Shown: piece by piece, positions 55,401 to 64,000 of the stretch
Layout: every line of letters begins with the position of its first letter
Numbering within the stretch: position 1 is the first letter of the stretch
Source of the DNA: Phoronis australis
Lineage: Eukaryota; Animalia; Phoronida
DNA: 64,000 nt
Direction of reading: 5' to 3'
Assembly (NCBI GenBank): GCA_002633005.1
Contig: NMRA01000153.1
Coordinates: 495,557-559,556 of the forward strand
Notes under the pieces: model-generated
Seen by the model: only the letters and a program-made list of their open reading frames with translations
Database searches by the model: none
What the model was told of the DNA's origin: nothing
Made by a program: the position numbers and the translations under genes

Positions 55401-58400
55401 TAACTTACAAGTTGCAGCAGTTCACAGTGCTCATCATTTTACCTTGGATGGCTTCTGAGTTTCAGGGTCAAATACTTTTTCACAAACTCTCAACCCTGTT
55501 TCTTGACGTAACTGTAGCAAATAAGCCTTCATGTTTTCTGTAAAACAATTGAAAAATGAAAATTTGAGAACAGGTCATACTGCTGCAAAGCAACTTGAGG
55601 TATCCCACACAGGTTAAACAATAATCAAAATGAGAAGCGATCCTTGGCAAAATCATATAAGAATTTAAGTTGAAGTCGACAACGAAGCCAAGAACATCAA
55701 CAACCATGACTCTGATGCCTATTACACCGAATGTATTAAGGGTTGCGCAAAGGATCACAGAGCAAACACAATTCGAAAAATGGCTGCCACAGTGCCATCT
55801 TGCATCCGATTTCGCCCCAAAACAAAAGTCCTTGCGTTATTGATGAAATAAACTTTGTACTTAAATTTCATGCTGATCAGACAAAAAAATGTGATCTCTA
55901 GTACAAATACAATAGGCTAATAAAGAGCAGCTATAAAAAACTAGTCAATAAAAGAAACCATCTACAAAGCAGTAAAAATCTTGAATATTGCGAGAATGGT
56001 AAGTCGTAGCGAGAAATCGATTCCACAATGCTAATACTGCTTGAAAAGATCTACCCACAGATCCATCAAGGGATGCCAAAGATATAGCACAAAAACTCAA
56101 TAAATTGGAGACCGGTCCCCAGAAAATCTCAATTAACTCTAGAACAGTAAGACAAAGAGAAAAATAAATGGCACACTTACAATAGCTCTTGAAATAATCT
56201 ATCAACAGAAAAAAATTAATAAATATCCCACCTGAAACAGCAAAGCTATGGCTTTGCAAACCAAAAACTGAAAAATGGCCATCTATTCACTTACAGGGGC
56301 CCTGCAGCTTGATAACCAGGTTTCTCCACAGAATACCGGACATCAAACTTGTTTTTAAAATCCAGGACCCTCTGTAAGTGACTATTGCCTGTAATATGTT
56401 GTTATTGGTCTATTTTTACCAGTTTCGTTCCTAGACTGAGGTTTGGCATAGAGTGCATTGAGTGGGAAGCCATCCTCTCCAGGAATAGGATAGTTGGTAA
56501 GGGCTAGCGTATGCATCTCCTTCAGACCTTGACCTTTGGTTTGACACTGTGAATATAACAATGGAGGTCAACAATGCATAGCAAGGAAATAATAATGGAA
56601 AATGGCAACAATCACATGGACTTCGTGACTCACGCTCCAATATAAGTTTGTACCACAACAATGCCAATTAATATTCATATGTGCACATTTTCTTTTCATA
56701 AAATTCACTCCTTTGTACGGTTTATGTAGATCGTATCTCAGAAATGCCTTATTGGATAGAAAACTTTCCGATACCATGCTTTATGCACTGTCCAAAAACT
56801 GTAAGGAATTGTTTTCCACTTTTGCATGAGGGGCTATTAAAAATAGGATTTCTATGATTTTCAGAAAAAAAATTAAAAGTTGCATAAAACGAAAACGAAA
56901 CGACGATTCAAAAAACTGGAACATTGTTTTTGAGATATCACCTTGAACATATAAACTGAACAAAATTTCTTCACGCTGTTTTGTTATGGATATACCTTTG
57001 TTTTTGCTTATTTCATAAAGACGTGGTCACATGACCCAATTAATAGGAGACTGGTATAAAGTCAAAAATCAAATTACACAGGCTTTTTACTTTTAGAAAA
57101 TATGTGCTTTTACAAATCTAGTTTTGTAAATATTTGGCTAAATACATCGACAAGTCGATGAGGTCCTTGATAACCTTAACTAAACAGATATATACAATAA
57201 GAGGCAATAGTCAGATATAACGTGCCTGCATTTTGCGAACCAGTTTGATACCTGTTATTCAGTGGAGAAAACTGGATCTCAAAATGCCGGCACATCATAT
57301 TCAACCATTAAATAGTAGGATACCTCTGATAGCTTTTCTCATCGATACTTTAACTAGCCATTCGGATCCTGCATCCTTCTAGGGACAAAAATGTTGCCAT
57401 TGTTCGTCTATTTGAAACAGTGACATAGCTATCGGCAGAGGATAATGGTGCTGCCTCTCCTGCCAACATTCGGTAGCCACTGATTTTGTGCCACCTCCAG
57501 TCATGCATGCCAATCTCTCCCGATAGGTGTGGCACCTCCCTCTAGCTATGCCAATGATCTGTACTGCCAGTGATATCAATTTTATAACGTCAGGATTCCA
57601 GACACGGTCTCTTACCTTCTGCAGCTTTTTAAGACATTCACTGACGTAGAGAGTTACATAGATAAGAGTCCTGTCAGCTTCAGTCTGCAAACACAAGGCA
57701 AATTGTTAAGCTCAATATTAAAGCAGTTAAAGCCATATTTACCATGTTTTGAAAAGTGACAACATTGTCAGCATCATTAACCATTTTTTGAGCACTGCAT
57801 ACCACAGATGTGCATTCAATATCCCAGAAACAAGAAAATAGAAGAACAATGACTTCTAATGGAAAGTTTAATAGCTCAACAGACACGATTGTGACGTATG
57901 AATGTACCCAGCACTAGTGCGTTACATCCACCAACATATGTGTCATATCCGCACTTGTCTGACGTAGTGTGGAAAGTGAAAAGAGCCACGTCATGCTCAA
58001 ATACTGAGTTGTCAAAACCACCGCAAATGCAATGCCAAGTCATTCTTTACTATACCACAAACCAATAGATAATGAGAAGCAACAAATGACGACATTTTAC
58101 ATTAAAAACAATGGAGGAAGATTAATGCTGTGATTGGCTGTCCCAGTTTTAAGTAGTATGCTTTGACCAATAAATAGTTAGAACTCGAGATCAGCTAACT
58201 AACAGATCGTCAGATAGTGTTTGTGGATGTTCTAATTCGACAGTTGATCAACTGGTTGGGATTTTTTGGTGGTTTTGATATGAATTTTGTGATTTTAAGT
58301 ACTTTAAATAACGGCTGTACTGCATATTCAGACCTAAAAATTTGGACAAGAGGTTGAGTTGTTTAGTATGATAATGACTCTATTCTGCCACAGTTCTTAA

Positions 58401-61400
58401 ATGGATAGGTGATGACAATGAAATTGTTCCACTTGTCATGGATTGAACCGACCAGCAACTTGAACCAATGCTCTTGACTTTTAATGACAATCTCACAAAT
58501 GCCTTTATCTCTGTAATCATTCTGTAATTCCCATAAAAAACAAAAAAGACAAAAATTCCATGTATAGTTGCCATTATCATTTTACGAAACGATTATATGC
58601 AAGATTAAGGTTATGCAGGAAAAATATCCAAATATGACTAACTTCGGAACATCCCATCTCAGAAATGGCTGTTTGGATTCATATGAAACTTTCTATACGC
58701 TGTTAGGAATTGTTTTAAAACTTTTCTGCCTCAGCATGAGGGACTTTTTAAGATTTTAATGAAAAATCAAGTCATATAAAATGAAAGCGAAACTACAACT
58801 TAGAAATGTCTATAAGATTTTATCTTGAATGTTTATATCAAATGAAAATGGGTCACGTTATTGAAACCTTTGTTTTCCTATGTACCTTCTTTTTTGTTAA
58901 ATTTTACTAAAAACACACGGTCACATGACCCAATTAATGGTAGATTGATATGTAGTCAAAAATCAAATTCTACAGGTTTATGAGTTAAGGTCATTTGTAG
59001 ATACTTGGCTAATTACACACACAGGTGTTAATAAAGTCTTACATAACCTTACATAACTTTGATGGTCTCACCTTGATTTCAAAATTTCTGAAGAATACGT
59101 TGGCTTTGAAGTAATGCAAAGTTTCATCAATCACATCATAATCAGAATCTAAAAATATGAATATATACAAAATGAAATATTTACAAAAATCTTTGTAATG
59201 TAAGAGTAGTACTGCAATCAATACATGAAGAAAAACTGGATCAACTTTAGTATCGTATTCAAATTTGTAATTTTTCTGAAAATTAGACACAAAGCAAAGA
59301 ACAAGATTGTAAGTTTTGAGCAAATGATACTGTGGAAAAAACAAAGTTCTTTGAAAATTCAAAAATCCTTCCTTAAGGATTTGACATTGTTTGCCTTGGT
59401 TTTTGGGCTGAATATTGGCCTTATTCCCAATAAAAAATACTAAAAACCCATATGGAACTTTCTCATCAGGCTCAAATATTCCCTCCAATGATTAAAAAAT
59501 TCCCTTCAAAATTAGAATCACTCCTTCAAAATGTTAGTTTAGGCTACTTGAGTCAATTGGTTATGAGAAGGTGGAATTCATGGTGATCAGAGGAAGAAGA
59601 TTTCCTCTCAACCATAAAATCCCCTATCAAAAGGCACAAGCACCTTCCCTCCCAAGTGAGGGAATGCCCTGATTATCCTCTAAAGGTGTGATTCGCCACC
59701 CACAGTACACATGAAGATAATTCTGTACAGTTTAACACAAGTTAGATATTAACAAAGAAGTATCAGCATATTTAAGCAAATACAACACCATGACCTATTA
59801 CAGGTTTGGAATATTCATTTTTCATTTAGCTTCAGATACATACCTGTTGAAGGACCTGGTCCTTTGTACTTTGTCCTCAGTGGAAGTAATGCCATGTTTC
59901 CAACAAACAACTGGCTAGACAGCTGTGAGTGATAGGCCTGCAAAACGATAAGGATACCCTTACATCAAGGAAGTTGGTGATGCATTTTTGGTAATGTTTT
60001 GTTAGGTACAATAGACTTCTTGAAGTCATTAGATTTGACCAAAACAATGAAACAGCAAATCCTGCTGATTTTGTGATTTTATTATGAATCCTCACTAAAT
60101 TCAACAGAATGAAATGAAATTGAATTTTTGAGGAGAAAACTTCTCACTCTGTAGACCACCATTAAAAATGCGTGGATCATAAATTAGCTTGTACATGGTG
60201 CAGTAAGGCAGTTACTAGATTACTACTTAGACTACTGTAAATGGCTATGATCTATTGTGGCTTATGACTGGTCATGAAAAAGACGATAAGTAATTTAGCA
60301 ACAAAGACTGAACACAGAGTGGTCTCCTCATCGGTTTTGTCTTTTATATTCCACGTTGATGCCACACCTTTATAAGCTCATTCTTTGTGTACACTGTGCT
60401 GGGGCTAGTTCATAGTAACTACACAATACTGGGACCTACAGACTACACGCTGTTGTAGATGTGCTTCCGGGGAATCATATGAGCCTCTGCTAGCTACTCG
60501 TTAACGGGCAATTGCCTATTAGCTGAATGGTTAGCACGCTTGCCGGTTTTATGGGGGTCGCTGGTTTGATTCCCGGGTCGGGTAATCTCGGCTATTACTA
60601 CAAAATGGCGTAGTCGGAAAACGAATGATCTACCGATGAAGCACTGCCAACTAGTACCCGCGGACATCAGGACGGCGTGCATGGAAGGTTCCAGGAGTCA
60701 AGGACCTGTATGAGAGACTACCTTATGTTCACCAGTGTTGTGATGGTAAAGGTACAAGGGACGTTGATGACCTGTATGGCTGTATGCGAGACATCCTGGT
60801 GTTCACCTTCCTGGTCGCGTGCCCGTTCCGTAGGGAAGGGGGGAATGTTGTAGACGTGCTTCCGGNTGGGGGTCGCTGGTTTGATTCCCGGGTCGGGTAA
60901 TTTCAGCTATTACTACAAAATGGCGTAGTCGGAAAACGAATGATCTACTGATGAAGCACTGCCAACTAGTACCCGCGGACATCAGGACGGCGTGCATGGA
61001 AGGTTCCAGGAGTCAAGGACCTGTATGAGAGACTACCTTATGTTCACCAGTGTTGTGATGGTAAAGGTACAAGGGACGTTGATGACCTGTATGGCTGTAT
61101 GCGAGACATCCTGGTGTTCACCTTCCTGGTCGCGTGCCCGTTCCGTAGGGAAGGGGGGAATGTTGTAGACGTGCTTCCGGTGAATTATATGAGCCTCTGT
61201 TAGCTACTCGCTAACGGGCAATTGCCTATTAGCTGAATGGTTAGCACGCTTGCCAGTTTTGGGGGTCGCTGGTTCGATCCCCAGGTCGGGTAATCTCGGC
61301 TATTACTACAATACACTTGTCTTGTTACAGTGAAATCTCACCAATTTAGGATACAGTAAGGCGGTTTTATTGCCCACTAGAAGTTGAAGTTAATTTATTC

Positions 61401-61595
61401 CAATCCTTAAATGTCTATGAGAAGTAGTTGTAGTTATCGTTGTCAGTGACAGTGAGGCAGTGGGCGGATGCCTGAGGCGAGCCCATGTCTGTGGGCCAGG
61501 GCTAGGCCAGGAGACGAACAGAAATTAATGTAAAATCCATGAAAGCACAACATAAAGGTCTACATTATCTTAATTAGGTGAATACTTACTGGCAT
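52456..61595 (-). CDS. ARPC3: Actin-related protein 2/3 complex subunit 3 (p21-Arc), 176 aa, 7 coding exons
   Basis: Exons 61595-61590 (MP), 59937-59844 ([21 protein letters not shown]), 59148-59072 ([22 protein letters not shown]), 57684-57616 ([23 protein letters not shown]), 56546-56420 (..[17 protein letters not shown]..), 55537-55443 (..[16 protein letters not shown]) and 52518-52456 ([20 protein letters not shown]). All introns are GT-AG, phases are compatible, and the total is 531 nt. Confidence 0.97.
53855..54034. repeat. Tandem repeat, 3 x 59 bp
   Basis: TGTGACAGTATTGGCGGATATCTTTACCATCTTCCCTGTTTAGCTGCCCAGTATAATTT occurs three times with one substitution. Confidence 0.95.
54903..55355 (+). 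mobile_element. 5'-truncated CR1/L2-group LINE: ORF2 C-terminus plus 3' UTR
   Basis: 54903-55019 translates [31 protein letters not shown], the WNSLP...FK end typical of CR1/L2 ORF2; then a T-rich UTR and a terminal GAGGG.CCCCAT...ATGGGG..CCCTC stem-loop. Confidence 0.8.
60451..61310 (+). mobile_element. Tandem-array TRIM (LTR-int-LTR-int-LTR) with tRNA-like LTRs, inside ARPC3 intron 1
   Basis: LTRs TGTTGTA...TACTACA at 60451-60602, 60846-60917 (broken at the N at 60866) and 61161-61310; two 243-bp internal regions, each starting AAA-TGGCGTAGTCGG (PBS) and ending AGGGAAGGGGGGAA (PPT). Confidence 0.92.
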
Positions 61596-61673
61596 TTTGG
61601 AAATGTACAACACAAAACTGGTCCGAAAACTCCCAGGATGTCGACAAAAAGAAGTTCTTCCTAGCACTTTCTT

Positions 61674-61717
61674 ACTTCCGGCTTGGCTGACCGGAAATAA
61701 AGTGTCCCACAATACAC
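61674..61717 (-). promoter_or_regulatory. Probable ARPC3 proximal promoter motifs (two ETS-type cores and a ZNF143-like core)
   Basis: ACTTCCGG at 61674-81, CCGGAAA at 61691-97 and TCCCACAATACAC at 61705-17, 80-120 bp upstream of the ATG. Confidence 0.45.
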
Positions 61718-61994
61718 CAGCAACTTCCTCCATATGAGGCGAAATGTGACTGAAAATGCCTACACATTTTGTACATGTGCGCTAGAAATACAGCATTATG
61801 ACGCGATATGCTCAATTAGTCATTGGTCCAGCAGGTAGTGGGAAGGTAAAGGTTGCCTTAAGCACTGTTAGTTACTCATATAGTTGATTTTAAAGAGCTA
61901 AAGCCGGGCATGGTTCTGGCCCAAAACCATGCGTTCAGTAACGCTAGAACCTACGCTAGGTCTAGGACCTAGCTAAAATCTGGATAGTTCTAAA

Positions 61995-62073
61995 ACCCCC
62001 TCGACCCACGACCCCCTCGACCCACGGCCCCCTCGACCCACGGCCCCCTCGACCCACAACCCCCTTGACCCAA
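61995..62073. repeat. Tandem repeat, ~5 x 16 bp (ACCCCCTCGACCCACG)
   Basis: Visible directly; possibly the subterminal array of a transposon. Confidence 0.85.
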
Positions 62074-62510
62074 AACCTGGTTCGTTTGGTCAGGTTATCA
62101 ACTTACCTTTGACTTCGGCTTCGCTGGGTCTGTACAGCTGTACAAACTGGCATAACTAGCAGCAGACATCCACACGTTTCAAACGCACCATAAACAAGGC
62201 GTATGTAATCGAACCTGGAACAACGCACCTTTTCTGAGAAAAACGTCAGGCGGACGTCCGAAGCACCGAAAACAGGCTGATGCTCCTTTCGTCCCATAGC
62301 AGCACAGGAATGCTGACGATGGACAGGAATGCCGAACCATTTTTCAGTTTGGTGGATCAGACTGCCACTACAGCTGGCCGGGGAAAGTTGGCATGCGAGC
62401 TTCCACATGCTCTGTCTGCATGAGACCCCTGTTGTGCGGAGCCAGAGAGTACACTAATGTGTTCGTCCGCTGTAACTACTCAAACTTCAAATTAATTTGT
62501 TACATCAAGA

Positions 62511-62587
62511 CATGGGCTGTGCAGCACTGAAATAAGTGGGGGGGGGGNGGACTATAGCCTCCAGCCTCCTATGGTGCGCTGCCCATG
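62511..62587. mobile_element. Tiny MITE with 5-bp TSD
   Basis: CATGGGC...GCCCATG flanked by CAAGA on both sides; contains an N at 62548. Confidence 0.75.
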
Positions 62588-62624
62588 CAAGATTATTTTT
62601 CAAAAGGGTAAAATATCTTAAATG

Positions 62625-62829
62625 CACAGGCGGATTTTTTACATGGGGGGGGGTTCAGGGGGTTTAAACCACCCCCTGGGAAAGGATCGAAAACAAAAAA
62701 TTAAAAAAACGTTGCCAGGAAAACGAAATCGGCTACAAAAACCAACAAATTCCTCCCCCACTCGGCGCTATGCACCTCGGATTCGTGCGAATCCTAACCC
62801 CCATTACTGAAAACGTAGATCTGCCACTG
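62625..62829. mobile_element. MITE with GGCGGAT-core TIR and 5-bp TSD
   Basis: CACAGGCGGATTT...AGATCTGCCACTG flanked by AAATG on both sides. Confidence 0.85.
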
Positions 62830-62841
62830 AAATGTCTTTAA

Positions 62842-62945
62842 AGGCGAAGGCAACCCTTTTTCATGTCATTTTGAGCTAAAATAAGGTTGGTTGGTTATCC
62901 TAGACATATTTTCCACGTAATTACAGCTTTTCGTAATTTTTATGC
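62842..62945. mobile_element. One terminus of another copy of the 33427-34883 Kolobok family, interrupted at ~62955
   Basis: TTAA-AGGCGAAGGCAACCCTTTTTCATGTCATTTT...GGTTATCCTAGACATATTTTCCA closely matches the TIR starting at 33427. Confidence 0.8.
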
Positions 62946-62954
62946 GCCCACATA

Positions 62955-63125
62955 CCGTAATCGTTCGGGTTAACGCCCATGTTCAGTTAACCGCCCATCC
63001 CCGACTTTAAGTGGATTTCCGATTTAACCGCCCACTGCTCGGTTAACCGCCCTCCCCCGATTTTTTAAGAGTTCCAGTTAAGCGCCCACCTCTCGGTTAA
63101 GCGCCCACCCCGACTTTTAAAGAAT
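62955..63125. mobile_element. Left end of a Tc1/mariner(pogo)-like element with subterminal TTAA(C/G)CGCCC repeats
   Basis: TA-CCGTA start followed by about seven TTAA(C/G)CGCCC units; no right end is seen in the window. Confidence 0.5.
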
Positions 63126-64000
63126 GAAGATTTAGCGCCTAGTGCTAAGGAAACGCGCGATTCCCTGACTTTTAGAAAAAGATCGATGATCACAATGAGT
63201 GCAACGACGCCGGGACTCCGAGACGGTGGTTTAGCAATCTGAATCACAATACAGGTAAAGAGTTATTGTCTTGGGTCATGAACTCACTTCAAAATACTTG
63301 AAGTTTGGTAAGGACATCGTTTAGAATAATGAATTAAAACATTGCTGTTTTCTGACATTTTGTAACATATTTATGCATTTGCTTGAAATTTTATTCTTGA
63401 TCGACGACTGGCTCGACCACCCCCGATCCTTGTCTTTGTTACTTCTTTGCATAACATGTTTGGCGCAACGGCAAGAGAGCAATGCCGGGCTGTCGAGATA
63501 AGACAGCTAGCCGCAGAACCATACGCTGAAAATGTCATTGAGTCACGGAGTGTCGACTATAACATCCCAAACACAAAAAACAGCAGAGTTAAGTTTTTCA
63601 AACTTTTATTACAACCAATTTTAAAACTGCTCTCTGACTCAGAACTTGACAGCTACATATAGTACGAGACCATAAATTTGATGTCTGACCTCTGCAACAC
63701 GTGAAGCTTGCACGCGCGCACTTAAGCAGGGTCACATCTTGAAACAGTTTTAATTCAAATGGAGGCTTCATAGTCACTGGTCGTCTGCGCACCGCAGGAC
63801 GGCACGGGGCTATTACTCAGCAATTTTGTAAATTTAATAGTGAATGACTAATCTGAGGGCAAGAGAACCTTTGTTGGGATCATCCGCTGTTATGACGTTT
63901 TCACAGTCATTTGGCGACGTGACGATGAAGCTCTTTGAAAAGGGCTACGCGTTCCGAGTATGAGTGTCGTGTCGGGATTTAGATCGCCAGGTAAGATTAA

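Noticed and set aside
59039-59488. 149-aa ORF
   Set aside because: Only 59148-59072 is coding (ARPC3 exon 3); the rest is AT-rich intron.
60494-60997. Duplicated minus-strand ORFs [15 protein letters not shown]
   Set aside because: Antisense translation of the repeated non-coding TRIM unit; no gag/pol motifs.
61215-61295. Functional tRNA gene
   Set aside because: A and B boxes are present, but the anticodon arm and acceptor stem pair poorly and the sequence is part of an LTR.

Overview
This is AT-rich animal (probably marine invertebrate) nuclear DNA with spliceosomal genes and many non-autonomous transposons; it is not prokaryotic and holds no CRISPR array. Three host genes are recognisable. 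(1) The 5' end of a G-protein alpha-s gene (GNAS-like, minus strand) has two homologous 130-nt first coding exons (41966-41837 and 31231-31102) but only one exon 2 that I could find (30956-30884), followed by an apparent intron of >30 kb running off the left end. (2) An intronless RNF113A/Cwc24 gene lies at 48967-49932 (+). (3) A complete 7-exon ARPC3 gene lies at 61595-52456 (-). Mobile DNA includes a tandem TRIM mini-retrotransposon whose LTRs carry a tRNA-like Pol III promoter, two internally deleted Kolobok-type elements (THAP plus convergent KolX/P2X7-ballast-like remnants), 5-bp-TSD and Harbinger-like MITEs, a Helentron-type element, a tRNA-SINE, an L2/CR1 3' end and several minisatellites. 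The most interesting signals are the duplicated alternative first exons of G-alpha-s with a CpG-content switch at the proximal one, and the tRNA-bearing tandem TRIM. All calls come from manual reading; no database search or computation was run.
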